From the NCBI GenBank assembly GCA_035084275.1, contig CM068749.1, forward strand, positions 13,392,001-13,456,000: a DNA stretch of 64,000 bases, written 5' to 3'. Below the pieces are notes generated by a model. The model saw nothing but the letters and a program-made list of their open reading frames with translations, made no database searches and was not told the origin of the DNA. The translations under genes and the position numbers were made by a program. Below, piece by piece: positions 1-13,243 of the stretch. The stretch is from Hydrolagus colliei (Eukaryota). Within the stretch, counting starts at the first letter, position 1. Every line of letters begins with the position of its first letter.

Positions 1-282
1 TCTTGAACATATTTTTATATATTCTGGAGGCAGTTTTTATTTTGGTGAACAGTTTCAAATATTTTCCTGTTGTCTTGGAGTATGTGAAGTATTGTTCCAG
101 GTTTATTTTCTCTTATCCCATTTTTTGCCTCTTGTATAACTCTATAAAAGTTGAGGTCTACCTTTTCAAGATGAGTCCTAATTTATCTAACTGATCTCAC
201 AGACGCTGGAGATCAATCTAGTTGCTCTCCTCTGCACTTTTCAGACAATGCGCAACTTATTTTGAAAATGTCCTTGTTTCAG

Positions 283-558
283 GGCCGCTTCCTCCGCAAT
301 CGGTCCGAGCTTCTCTGACTAGTAATTCAACCGGTGGACCTCTGGAGGTTTTGGTCTCGTGGAGTCATGTGAAAGGCTCGCAGAATTACACTGCTTCACC
401 CACTGAAAAAAATCGCAACACAGTCCAGAACTGTACATCACCTTCTACGTCCTGCACTATCTCGCCGGTCGACTGCAGCAAAACGTACAACATCACAGTA
501 ATTGCCATCAATGATGCAGGTCCTTCTCTGCCTGCAAATGCCACCGAATTGACAACTG
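283..558 (+). CDS. FNDC7: FNDC7 exon (FN3 module GPLPPQSVR...ELTT)
   Basis: ttgtttcag acceptor, gtttgt donor, 276 nt, phase 1-1. Confidence 0.88.
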
Positions 559-3500
559 GTTTGTATGAAGTTGAACATAAACGCGCCAATAAGTCAGTAT
601 TGACTTTTTACTGATATTCAACTTTAAATTCTACTTTATTCTTTGATTTGTTCAAGTAATCATTCAAGTAGCTTATTTCATTATTATTAATGTTATTCTG
701 TAGGCCTGTAAGCAATTATTGCAGCCTTATTACAGTAAGCAGCAGACAAGGGGGAATAAGAATCAGACACATATAGGCTCTGGTGAAATCCGGACAAGTT
801 GCTCAAGTCTCAGTGTGAGTCAAATAATTAGTCAGAGCAATAAATGTTTGGGAGGAGAAGTGACAGAGAATGTCTGGGGATGATCAGCAAATATATGGAA
901 GCTAATGTTGCTGCAACCAGGATATGCGTATGAATGAAGACTAAGAATGGAGCCTTGGCCATGCCTAGAGATGACAGCGTGGGTATGGAATGGGAAGCCG
1001 TAGAAGATCTACTGATTGCATTGTGGCAGAAAGGATTGGAACCATTTTTTAAAAAAGTGCAGTTCCTTCAGGGGATTATGACTTCAATGGTAAACAATCA
1101 ACTTAGGTAGTCTTTCTGCAAACAACAATTTGAATCTTAAAAGCATTTGTGCTGAATTATTATAGGTGGTTGTTTTAAAAAAAATCGAGTATATCGACAG
1201 AATGCAATGGCTCTCCATGAATAAGAATTTTCAATAATAACTTTATCCATTTTGTTATTTTTAGTCCCTTGTTGTCCACAGTTGATAAAAATCCAGGAGG
1301 TGCACATGGGTAATCTGACAGTGTCTTGGGACCAAGTCATCCTGGCTGACTACTACATGACGTTTGTGAAAAGAGATGATGGCCTGGAGGTTATGTGCAA
1401 CACTACATCAAGGAGCTGTGATTTCCAATCGCAATGCGGGTTCACTTACCTTATCACTGTTTTTGCATACAACAAAGCTGGCCAGAGTCTTGCAGGCGAA
1501 GTGTTAAATTATATAACAGGCAAGTGTTGGATTTGTGGCTATTTTGTAAACAACAATTTGAGGAGAAATATAGCTTTTTAATGTGCTCAATTGCTCATTA
1601 AAGATCAAGAACAACAGAATAACAGACATCAGAGATGCTGAGAGAATGAGATGCAATGTGTTCAACCCTCAGTTGACTTCTACACGGAAATTGCCCCACA
1701 CATCTGTCTAGTGATTGATTTTTTTTCTGAATAAATATGACGTTTACATTTCCAGAGAAGACCTTGTGTTGGTATATTCCTTGACAAAGATGGTGGGTAT
1801 GTTTGACTTGTGATAGTTTTGCATTCCCAACCTTGATTAGTCTCTGAAAAATGAACAGAATCATGTTTATAATGTAATACACAGATATATAAGTGCTCCT
1901 GGACACAGAGACCTTTTGCGCTTGTTGTACGTAATGATATGCCGGAGTTAAATTAATCCTGATATTTGTATCTAAATAATACATTCGCAATTTATAGTTG
2001 TGAACATGACTCAATGGAAACGTGATCAGCACACAGTTATTCTTATTGTCATCCATATTCTTTGTGTCCTAGCTCCTTGTTGCCCAGAAGATGTGAAAGC
2101 TGTGTACCTCTCAAGTGACACCATTGAAGTGGAGTGGAGTCCAGTACGTGGAGCTGAAATTTACGAAACAAAGGCACAAGATGAGAGTACTGTGGTGCTC
2201 TGTAATGACACTTCCTCAGTCTGTACATTATCTGGTTTGAACTGTAACACGCTCTACAATATTACTGTATATTCATACAGTGATGTCAGAGGGTACAATT
2301 CCTCATGTGGGAAAAAGGAGATCACAACAGGTAAAAACACATTCAGAAACGGAAGCCTGAGGTACCGTCAAACACTATTACTGTATTATCATTTCTCAAC
2401 GTTATTTTCGTGACTACAATTTTTCAGATAAAATTTTTGGTGCATCACAGTTAATGTAAAATGGATCGCTGGGGTAGAATAGAAAACAATTAGTGTGTAG
2501 GTTAAGTAAATAAAAAATCATTGCAATCGTTACACCACTTATAGTGTTAAGCGTCTCAAAGCTAGTTGCTGTAAAGTGCGGTGATTATATCTCTGTTGGT
2601 GAACACAGCAGTTAATCTTCTCAGCAGTTAATGTCCCATGAACAGCTATGAAGAAAATGACCAGTTTATGTGGAGGTTTGTTTGGCCAGGACACCAGGAG
2701 AAACTCCCTTCTCTTTTTGAATCCTGTTACGACATCTTTAAAATCCACCTCAATAGGCAGACTTCTTATCCAAAAGCCAAGACTTTGATAATACAGTACT
2801 CTTCCACCACCAAAATGCCAATTTAGCCAGGACTGCGCATTAAAAATCTTAACATGGGGCTTGAACACATCTTCAGACTCTGTGGAATGGGAGCTCCCAA
2901 TTGAATCAGCCTCACACTTCTAATTCATACACAATTAACTACGAAGACTTGAAGCAAAGCATGCTAAATCTAAAACTTAGTTGAATAATTTATCATTTCA
3001 ATTTTGCAGGACCATGCACTCCTATCATTTTGGACATTACAAAGGTGTCTCCATCCTCTATTACTGTACTTTGGCAGCCCAATAATGAATATGCCAGCTA
3101 CACCGTGTTTGCCGCGGGAGACAGTGGTGTTTGGTCTTGCAATAGCTCAGAATTTTCTTGCCATATCGACAATCTCCCCTGTGGATCAACCGTCTCTGTC
3201 AGTGTAGTGGCTACAACTCCAGAAGGAAAGAGTTTACCCAGTTACAGCCTGCCTTTAGAAACAGGTAAGATATTATCCAATGTGATAAGAAATGTAGAAA
3301 ATGATTTTGGTAGAAAATCTATCTTTAACTGGGATTGACAAACTGGCTTATGGTTCAATCTTATATAAATGGAGCAAAATTAGTATAATGTGTGGAATGC
3401 TTATATATTTTGAAATATGGTGCCAGTTATCTTATTAATTTAATAGTCACACAATTTATTTCTATTCTTAAAATATGTCTTAAAGCTTCACAATGTTAAA

Positions 3501-4699
3501 TGACAGATTTTTAAATCTTGAAAGGATTTAAGGCTTAAGGCTGTTTCTTTTTTTTAAGAATGCTCTCAACTGTTTTAAAGAACATTTAAGAATAAATACT
3601 GTATTTTCTTTCCAAGCACCCTGTTGTCCTGAAAGCTTCACAGTTACACCGATCACTCAATCAATGACCAATGTAAGTTGGTCTGATGCAGTTGGAGGAT
3701 CGTCTTATACCACACTCCTCAAGTCTTCTAAAGGAGAGGCCAAATGCCATACAGGAGAAACTCACTGCCTTCTTGGTTGTATGACGTGTAGCACCAACTA
3801 CACAGTGTCTTTAAATGCCATTAGTGTCACTGGCCTATCATCAGTCTGCAAATATCAAGGCTATTCATCCAGTAAGTAAAGGAAAACATCTGGGTAGTTG
3901 ACGATAGCACTCCTTTGCAAGTTTAAAATATGAATCAATGTGTGCGAAGCAAACACATAGAATTTGGTGGGGGGTGGTTATAGTAAATCAAAGTTGCATT
4001 TCTACCATTGCAGGTAACATATCAGTGTTAAACATAACAAATTGTCATGTACATTTTAATTGATCTTTTATAAGATGGAAGTCCTTTAACAAAAAATCAT
4101 TTCTATTTCACACCAGGTGCTTGCTGCCCATCTGGGGTTAGACTTTACAATCTTGCAAACAATGCTTTGAGAGTTTACTGGCGAGCTACCCCTGGCTCAA
4201 AAAATTACATTGCAAATGTTACTGGATCAAACTCAAACTTCACCTGTACCCCAACACCGGGCTACACATACTGTGACGTAACTGGGATTTCCTGTGGGGA
4301 CATATATAATGTGATTGTCTCTCCAGTTTCTATGGATGGATCAGTGGCCACATTTTGTTCGAGGAAAACATTTTCAGGTAAATTAGATGATATAAAAGTC
4401 TGAGTCCTGATCTCTCATCCAAATTCTCATAAATGCTTTGCTAATATAGATCTAATAAATAAATTTCCAGTTACTGTATATATGAATGTTAAATTCAGTA
4501 CTGTACTATATTTTAACCATAATTTGCTTTTTATTCTTTTTCTAGTTTCTTGTTCCATGAATTCAGGAGCAATGGGTAAGAACTAGTTTGTGAACACATT
4601 ATATTTTCCAGAAATAAAATTCATTTTTGTTTGAAATGTTATTTAAACCATTTTATTTATTCAGTAATTTATCGAGGAAAGAGGAGCTTGTCATCCTAG
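283..4699 (+). CDS. FNDC7: FNDC7, fibronectin type III domain-containing protein 7, 3' part (8 coding exons; 5' exons lie upstream of the window)
   Basis: Exons 283-558, 1265-1519, 2073-2330, 3010-3264, 3617-3871, 4117-4377, 4546-4575, 4665-4699 splice in phase 1 into one ORF. Motifs FVKRDDGLEVMCNT, CGFTYLITVFAYNKAGQS, WSPVRGAEIYETKA, SLPSYSLPLET, KCHTGETHCLLGC and terminal VIYRGKR match human FNDC7 as I recall it. PRPF38B is nearby, as in human. Confidence 0.93.
1265..1519 (+). CDS. FNDC7: FNDC7 exon (VPCCPQ...NYIT), GC donor
   Basis: ttttag acceptor, AG|gcaagt donor, 255 nt. Confidence 0.9.
2073..2330 (+). CDS. FNDC7: FNDC7 exon (APCCPED...EITT)
   Basis: cctag acceptor, gtaaaa donor, 258 nt. 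Confidence 0.92.
3010..3264 (+). CDS. FNDC7: FNDC7 exon (GPCTP...LPLET)
   Basis: tttgcag acceptor, gtaaga donor, 255 nt. Confidence 0.92.
3617..3871 (+). CDS. FNDC7: FNDC7 exon (APCCPES...GYSS)
   Basis: ttccaag acceptor, gtaagt donor, 255 nt. Confidence 0.92.
4117..4377 (+). CDS. FNDC7: FNDC7 exon (SACCPSG...RKTFS)
   Basis: caccag acceptor, gtaaat donor, 261 nt. Confidence 0.92.
4546..4575 (+). CDS. FNDC7: FNDC7 30-nt exon (VSCSMNSGAM)
   Basis: Long pyrimidine tract + tag, gtaaga donor; corresponds to recalled human VTCSGSTLGM. Confidence 0.85.
4665..4699 (+). CDS. FNDC7: FNDC7 last coding exon (VIYRGKRSLSS*)
   Basis: ttcag acceptor, stop TAG 4697-4699; recalled human terminus VIYRGKRNEE. 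Confidence 0.88.
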
Positions 4700-4957
4700 A
4701 AAAACCCAGATAAGTAAGGTAAAACTAAAAAAAATTTGAAAGAATTATTTGGTACATAACAGTTTTTTAAGTATTAAACTAAAATGTAATATTTTCTAAT
4801 AGATGTTTATTTTAACAGGATTAGGATTACAGATGAACAAAACAAGATTATTCCCACAGAAATCAAACTGAAATGATTTTCTTCACAATATACTTACTTT
4901 AGACTATGGACTTATGCAAATTACTTAGATGCTTCCTGTTCTTAAATGCTGGGAAAC

Positions 4958-4963
4958 AATAAA
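4958..4963 (+). promoter_or_regulatory. Candidate FNDC7 polyadenylation signal AATAAA (alternative at 5181-5186)
   Basis: Canonical hexamer downstream of the stop; AT-rich context makes chance matches likely. Confidence 0.35.
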
Positions 4964-6624
4964 TTTGATTGTAAAAGATTTTTTCGAGACTTATCATTGT
5001 TCACTGATTGAACAACAAAGATAATGTTATCGTATTCATATTAAAACGATCGTGATTTGCTTAAAACATGTCTGAGAAATAGCAATTGTACTAATTAAAC
5101 AGTTTCTGTTCCATTGCACTTTCCTTGTTTGAATTTGGTGTGTTCTGTGCTATGTTTTTTGCAGAAATATCATTGCAAAGAATAAATATTACGCAGAATT
5201 TTCTTTTTTGCTTGGTTATGTGATACAAATAAAAAGCAAACGTAAATAGTTATTCTTCTCCATCATGTATGTGTATTTGATTTTTATGTTGCTACATTTG
5301 TGGTATGCGCTACACAATAGACACTTGCAACTTGTGGCAATTAAACAGCAAAACACTCCAGCATCAACACAAAAGACCACAACCTGCCTGGCCAGGTTAC
5401 TTTTCAGTTTTGGCAAGTTTGACAACGGTGCAAATTACCAGTTTGTAAGTGTGTTTAGTTCAACATTTCATAGTCTACAATCGTCTCCTGAGATTCATCT
5501 CAATCCTACTGAACAGCCACATCCTCCACTAAAGGCACATTTTACTCCAATTTAGAATTTATTTTCCCCGGTTATTGTACGACAAGCAAGTTACGATAGT
5601 TAAAACAGTTAATTTGGGCAAACCAAAACACTTGGCAAATGAGAGCTGTATATTCAACAGAGATTTCAGCACTGTTCGTGCCTTTGGAGAGTCTGACGAG
5701 GCTCAATATATGGTCTTCGGATATTAATGACACTTCTAGATCTCTGAACTTGTTACAAACTCTAATTAGAAACTCTATCCAGTAATTGCAAAATGAAGCT
5801 TGCATGTATATAAATAACATGCATTGCATATTATCACGATTTGTTGTCATTTATATTTTAAATTATGTCAGTCCAATAGTAAGTTTTACCCAAACCGTCA
5901 TTTGATAAACGTAGGGACATCAAAGCTGAGCCTTATCCTGTCTGAGATCCACATGGAACTTTTAGCAGAGGTAATAAATAGGAGTGGGACAGTTTAGGAA
6001 TCATTCAATGGATAAATGGGTTCATGGAGAGACACTATTTTCATGCAAATCCCTATGGGAATTAAAACAATAATCACTGAAAAAAGGCTCTAAAGACTAT
6101 TTCAGGAAAAATTACTTAAGAGTTAATTTAGAGAGAACACTTTCTGACCAATTTGTCTGCCTCGTTTTTTCACACTGTTGCCTAATCCAACAGATATGGA
6201 AATAGTTCACATTAAAAAAAGAAGGGACTTGGACACAAAAGCGGGAGAGAAATAAACATAATTTATGCCTGTGGAGGCTGTTCATGGAGCAGTAGTTAAT
6301 TGTTAGAGATATTGGTACAAGGCAGGTAAAAAGTACACTCAATATGAAGCATTTCCAAACTATTGCATTCACAACAGTCCCGGTTTCCCCAAAGAAAGAA
6401 AACCCAGCCTGAGTAATGACAACTCTCTTTGAATAACTAGAATATCTTTGCTCATATAAAAGGGATCATCGCGCACCACTTGCAATAGTTGCAATAGTTT
6501 CCACGTAATCTGCCAACATATTGATCAAGACTTTCATTTGGAGATTGTATCTAATCTGTTCTGTTATCAATAGAACGTAGTTAGGATACATTTGAAATGA
6601 AAAGGGCACCATCAGCACAGTATA

Positions 6625-6800
6625 AATTGATTAATCAATCCACGACTGTTTGTCAGACACTGCTGTGCACAATTGGTTGTGCACGTTTGGGCTGTCCACA
6701 AAATATACAGTCAATTCACTTTACAGTATATTCTGTGAAGCGCTTTCAGATATCTTGATGATGTGATGAGGCTCCCAATTAAATGCAAGGATTATTATAT
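6625..6800 (+). mobile_element. SINE 3' fragment (same family as 56047-56343)
   Basis: gactgtttgtcagacactgctgtgcacaattgg...tgtgaagcgcttt...aaatgcaaggattatta tail shared with other copies. Confidence 0.7.
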
Positions 6801-9414
6801 GATAGTATGTTCCTGAGAACCTATGTGTAGGCCTGACACTTGTCGTTCACGTCACCTCCATGGTTCAAAAGAAGAGTAGAGAAAACAAGAAGTGGTGAGT
6901 TGATCTCTGTTTGGATGTTGAATGGATTGAATGAGGAAGGGATGACTGAGATAAGGAGTTTCGCTATTTTAGGTGTAAGGAAAGAGATAGCACAGGAAAT
7001 CACAATGGAAGAATAACAACAAATATTTTTCCCAAACTTGACATAAAATTATTAATTATTATTGGAAGGCAGCAGAATATTAAGTTTTTTTTACCCTGCC
7101 TTTTATATCTGACTGTACCACTTTTCCTAAGTACAGTGATTAAAATAGAAACTTTGTAACATGAATTAAATCAGTACAATTAGTTATCTGACAGGATTAA
7201 TTGTGACTAGTGACAAAGACGAAGGTAACTCAAAGCCCTAGATTGTGAAGACTTAGCGTGCCTCTAAAGTTAAATAGGTCGGATCATGTATCGTATTCAG
7301 TGGTGATCTGAGCCAGATAAACTCAGGGTGAAGTATTGTTCTAAGTGGCCTAAATAGGTTTATTGCCTCCCACAGGAGATTATCATATTAGAAAACAAAT
7401 ATTTGTATGAAAAAAGAACACATCAAGATGAGCCTCTATTATAATCTTGTCCTCAAGTTTTGTTCTGAAAATAATGGTCCAGTAAAAAGGACCCTATGAT
7501 ACACATTAGGAAAGAAATTGTGGTGGTAAATACATGGCAAGTGCCAAAATAGGCAGGGTTATGTAAAAGCGCTTAGTCTGTGGAAGCAAAATAACTCTGA
7601 AGAAAGTTGATTAGAGAATACATGTACAGCAGGGTACAGTTGAAAATTCCCGCACTTGCATGAAGAAATGTGGAAGTTTGATTAAGGTTTAAAATGAATG
7701 GTTTGCTGAGATCAACATATGTTGATGGATTTCACACAGCAGAAGAACATATTTGGGGATATATTTCCACACACTTCAGATTTACAATTTGAGGTTTCTA
7801 CCAACCTTTAATGATTAATGTTTGCTGCGTAAAATCCAATGAATCCAGCAATTCAGATAACAGAATGTTCTAGCATTAAAGATTACCAACATAACCCAAC
7901 AAATATAAAGAAGCATAAACATGCTGAGTTCTGACAAGCAACAATAATTACACTGAATGGGAAAAATGACATAGACTCAGCTTGTCTGACTTTCTTCGTC
8001 AGCATAATGATCATTTAGCGAATTCCTAGGATACTTCTGTCTGTCTCCTCGTGTCTTAAAATGGGCAGAAGATTATATGTGAGCAAATGGCCAACTCCAT
8101 ATTGTCTCCAAAGATATTTCTTTGAAGAGTTTGAAACCTTATTGCTGAAAATAATACAATATTTTTGTGATTGCAATATGGAGGCACATATTTAATCCCT
8201 TCTTTAATATTTATAATTTAAGGCAACACATTTGTATAGTGTTCAAGCCAGCTGTGGAAGTAGGGAGGGAGGGGGAACAGAGACCAATGGGGGAGCTGAA
8301 GGGAGTCAAAGGCTGGGTGAAAAAATACATTTTAAGGCGGGGTTTGAAGATGGAGAAGGGGAGGGTAAGATGATGAAGGGAAGAGTAAGCCAGTAGAACT
8401 AATTTACTGTCTGAAAGTAAATGTACACATAACAAACAATAGTGATCTCCATTTTACCTGTACTTTTGCATTAATTTCTTTTTTTAATAAAATATACAAA
8501 ACAAGTGATTGAAATGGCTAGTTTCTGTTCTGTAAAGTTGTTGGGGGCTACACTGGTGTTTCAGAAACCCTATACATATATGTTTGTTTATATATATACA
8601 TATATATATATCATAGATATCAACTGACAGATAGAAATGTACCTTGCTTATCCAATCGCTGGGAGAAGAAATGTCGCTTACTTATTATGATTCTTATTAG
8701 AAAAGGTGAATTCTAACAATCTAACAATATCGAGCTATTATTTTAAGAAGGATAAGCTGCTTTGGGCTCATCTATACCTTCCTCTACTTGTCGCTAGTGC
8801 CAAGAATGAAAATTCATCCAGAATCCAATGAGTTGGGTTCTCACATAGAAAATATGGCCGATGAAGTACAAAGAGTATCGATAGGAAGCGATAGGTTTCA
8901 GATTTTTGGCTGACACAAAAAATATTTTAAAACAATTCCAAAAATAATGAAGCTGCTCCAAACTACTCTCAGTCTTACATAATTGAAATGATGATGTCGC
9001 GGTAAGAAACTAAGGAGAGAGTGAGTCACCATAACTGGAAAGACGATACCTGTATTCTCACGTTATCTATGAGACTCGAATATTTTGTGGGTTATAATGA
9101 GACGCCTATCTCATAACATAGAACTGATGCAACCTGAAACAAAGTGCTACTTTCTGATGCTATAGTTAAGGACCTTTACAATGAGGTTGGGGTGTGGTGA
9201 AGTACAGTACTAGTATAAGAATTGGAAGTTCAAAGAAGCACAGAATAATGCCTTTATAATTGTGTAGAGTTACATTACCAGGAATAAAATGATCTGATTG
9301 TTATCTCCCACTGTGATTGCAAGCATGTTGAGATATTTTGCTAATCCGATCATTCATCTCCTGTAATATATCTCTTTTTGGTATTTCACAGGGGTGAGTG
9401 ATGCTGCGCTAGGA

Positions 9415-9453
9415 ATGGAACTCATTTCTGTGCTTTTGGTGCTTAATGTCAGT
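9415..9453 (+). CDS. Candidate signal-peptide exon of the giant FN3 gene (MELISVLLVLNVS)
   Basis: Hydrophobic ORF ending in phase 0 at a weak gtaata donor. Joined to the 19-nt exon it gives MELISVLLVLNVSGSHS-QHEFAIT. Upstream acceptor at 9390-9391. The alternative candidate at 12624 is out of phase. Confidence 0.35.
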
Positions 9454-10049
9454 GTAATACATTACACATTCAACATAGGACATCATTAAGTTCCCTACAG
9501 TCTGTCCAAATAATATAACCTAATTTAAGCTTGCAGCACCTCAGGACTTCCTCCCTACGTGATAGGCATTTATGTAATGTAATTTTGGATGGTATTTTGT
9601 ACTGAGAAGGCAATCTTCTAATGAATTTTTTTTTACATAATTAACTATTCCTCTAGCTTTCCTGAGTGAGACTATGCCTACAGTGACTAATTGTGTTCGG
9701 GTTTTGCTGTCAAATCATGCCCTCTAGGAACTGGATTCAAATGAATATGATCAATCTCTCTACTACAGGCAGAGAGAAGAAACATTCATCCTATCAGTCT
9801 GGGTAGGATTTGAAGTCACCTTCCAGAAATGAAGAGATATTTTTCTAACCCACTCAATCATTTACTAACAATGATTGACAATGACTAACAATAATTCTAT
9901 TCCTTACTGTATGGTTATATAAATGAACAAAATATTACACTGTTCGATTTGAGGCCATTTTTAAAAAACAATAATTTTTAATGTTGGTATCATACAACCA
10001 ACCAACTGACTGACTGACTGACTAACCAACCAGCTTCCTAACTAACTAA

Positions 10050-10270
10050 TGTTAAAGATCCCATGGCATTATTTGAAAAGAGAGGAGGTTTCTTCTCGGA
10101 TCTTTGCCAAGAATCCCACAAACACAATTGGCAATTCACTTCATGGCTGTCTGTGGGACCCTGCCATGTGCAAATTGGCTGCTGCATTCATTCACCTTCA
10201 AAAACATAGTCACCCTAATCCTGTGAAGTGTGTTGAGGTGATTGTGACATGATAAGGAACTACAGTATAT
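10050..10270 (+). mobile_element. SINE fragment (Deu-like core plus LINE-derived tail)
   Basis: aaagatcccatggcattatt...gctgtctgtgggacc...gtgcaaattggctgctgcatt...tgtgaagtg. Confidence 0.6.
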
Positions 10271-11494
10271 CAAGTGCATTAATTGTTATAATGAATTGTT
10301 ACCGTAACTACTAAAAACTGTAATCGTAAAGAGATAAAAAAAACACCTGACAGTCAGGATTTGGAACTCAAAATTTCAATAAATTTTCCTTTATTTGTAA
10401 GCACTTGTTTTATGACATTTTAAGGTCACAAAAATATTAAACAATGATATGATTGAATTTCAAGGAACATATTAATTAATTGATCATGTAACATATATCT
10501 TACACGGTAAAGTGAATCATTTACAATATTCATTGCTTCTTCCTTTATGTTTTAACAGCCTACAGGTATAAGGATCAAATCATTTGAAACAAGCAAAGAA
10601 GTGTTTCTCAAGATTATTCTCTGACACTGACTGTTTTCTCGATCAAAGTCAGATTATTAACCCCAATTTTTTTGAGTCTATGAACAAAATAGGTCAAACT
10701 AACAATGTTCTATCAATCTCAACATTTCAAAATTAAAGGCTAAAATTATTTCCGGATGAAACGAAACATAGCTCTCCACACCAGTTGTTTCAATAAATAG
10801 ATCTGTAGGGATTTAGAAAAAATTAATTTTCTAAATGACAACCAACAAAAAAGCAGAATAATTTCAGATGTTTAAAAAATAAAATCTGGGTATTTGTCAG
10901 GTAAAAATAATTAAAACCAGCAAACGAAGAACTGGTCTGAATTATTGGTGAAGAAAAGCGACATAATGATGTTTTGCAACATTGTGACACCGTCCAAAGT
11001 GTCTTTTATGACTGCATGAGAACACTGGTTCTTGAAACAGTTTTCAAAGAGTTTTGAGCCGCTTTAGAAAAGTTGCCTTCTGAAGTTGCATTATCAATAA
11101 CAACAAAGTAAGCCACTCCCTTAAATAAGCGAAGGAAAAGAAAGTTTAGGATTATGTTAACACAATAGAAAAAATGTGTGAAATTCACAAAATCAAGTAC
11201 AGCTCTTAGTTTGGGTACTTTATCTATGGTCAGTTTGGGATCCCTCATACTGAGGCAATCCATCAACAACAACAGTAAGTTGCACTTTTGTGCCCTCCAC
11301 ACCAGGCAGCGTCTCAGAGCACAACGTTGGCGGAGCCTGGCTCCGAGCTGGTGTGTATATTATTACAACGGCCCAAGCCATACCAGTGCAATAATCACAT
11401 ATTCAGCAAGTAGTCACACATTGCAGGCTGAGTAATACAAAAGTAGTGGCCTACAATCTCATTCTGAACAGACAATTTGTTAATATCAAATTCT

Positions 11495-11700
11495 GATCTA
11501 CAGGAAAACAAAAGTTGCTGGGTCAGGCAACATCTATGGAGAAAGGAAAGTGAGTCAACGTTTTGGGTTCTGATGAAGGGTCGTGGACCCGAAACATTGA
11601 TTCACTTTCCTTTCTCCATAGATGCTGCCTGACCTGTTGAATGTTCCCAGCAAGTTCTGTTTTTGTTTTAGATTTCCAGTATCTGCAGTATTTTGCGTTC
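11495..11700 (+). mobile_element. Palindromic Penelope-like terminal repeat with hammerhead-like core
   Basis: 48-bp inverted arms 11521-11568 / 11587-11634 (4 mismatches); core CTGATGA-A-GGGTC-gtg-GACCC-GAAAC at 11570-11595. Confidence 0.65.
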
Positions 11701-13224
11701 TGATCTATAGCAACAAATGGCTCTAAATCTGCAGCTGATGACATGGCACTTGAAACAAAATATAAGCTTTCATGTAATTCATGTTGGTATATTTTGAGTA
11801 CTATTGTAGAACAGCAATGAGAAAAATAATGACAGTAACTTAATAGCATTACAACTGGGATGGCGCCTTTAATCACCTCCGTCTCCCCCACCTCACTGCC
11901 CTGCCATTGTTCAGATAGCTCTTAGTTTTGGTCCTTTTATTTGTGGTCCCTTTGGGATCCCTGATTCTGGTCAAACCTTAAAAACTAGGTTGTACTTTTG
12001 ACGGTTCTATTGTCTAACATTTGAGTGCTCCATATGTGAACAATTAAAGCTTGGCTTCACCCAGATCATATTTGTGTGAAATAGGAAGAAGGTATCCTCT
12101 GTGAAGGGTATTATTTAAATGCAAGTTGTTATTGTTGTTGTTTTTTGGGATTTGCAACAATCGGTGGCATCACTCAAATCTGCCCTCACCATTGCACACA
12201 TTAAAAATGATCCACTAAAGCGGTCGGAATTTGTGGTGAAGAGCAAAGTGTGATGAATATACAAGTGAAAAAGATCAAAGTCCGAAAAAATTATGTTGGC
12301 TGCCATGTTTGCATTACAATCACAGAGTCAGTACAATTAAAAATGGTTTACTGTGCAGCGCTTTGAGACGTTTCAAAATAATAAGGCACTATAACAAATG
12401 CAAGAATTATTCTTATTAATAATCAGAATCTAAGACAAAGGAGAGGAATCAGTGGTAGAAGGAGCATAGGAGAAATCATAGTGGCTCAATTTATTACTTT
12501 CCCAAGCATCAACGGAACAATACGCACTGTTCAAAACCTGCCTCCACTAATGTTCTGACTAAGAGTATATGAAACAGCCCTGACTAAGCATGAGGCAGTA
12601 TATTTGAACCCCGATCTCTAAGTATGGAGGGGAAAATAATCTACTTTTCTTTTATTTCTGTTGTGATTATTCATTTGTTCCCTGAAGACAGGTATTCAAG
12701 GCCTATCAATGTTGGACAGGTGCTAGAGTTAGTGTTGGGTGCTGCCCAAATGAAAATGACTTGTGTAATACAGTACTGTCTAACTGGTAACCTTAGGTGA
12801 TTGTAAAAAGGTGGATCCCACTGGAGGTTCCTGATGCTTCTGATTGGATCATGTAGACTTTGTCTGTAAAAAATTCCTCTCCCAAACTCTTGAAAAGAAT
12901 CCTCTTGTGTCCTTTGGGGGTTTACTTTTATTCAAACGTCTAGGATCCCAGCTTGTTGTTATTTTTTTGGAGCTCCATGTGAAAAGTTTGCAATGGGGTT
13001 TCTAGAGGCGTTGAAAATATGGTTAACATTGACAACTTTGTATCAGGTAAATAAATGTACTCGATTAGTTCAAGAAATAATATGAGAGAAATTATGTTCT
13101 GGTAGCTGTGTGTAAAATAGATTATACGTTTTATGAACACAATGACAAATGGCATTGGTAGTGTAAAAGTAAAATTGTAAGACTGTTATTGATTTAAACA
13201 CTGCCTTTTCTCTTTCTGTTTCAG

Positions 13225-13243
13225 GGGTCACACAGTCAACATG
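13225..13243 (+). CDS. Giant FN3 gene 19-nt micro-exon (GSHSQH)
   Basis: Strong ctgccttttctctttctgtttcag acceptor, G|gtaagt donor; phase 0 to 1, matching the first FN3 exon. Confidence 0.75.

Noticed and set aside
9995-10050. (AACC)n(ACTG)n run, also (AT)n near 8575-8612 and (AAT)n near 32775-32800
   Set aside because: Ordinary microsatellites with no evidence of function.
13241-13243. ATG at the end of the micro-exon as the start codon
   Set aside because: It gives phase 0 while the CAG acceptor of M1 needs phase 1, and it would leave no signal peptide.
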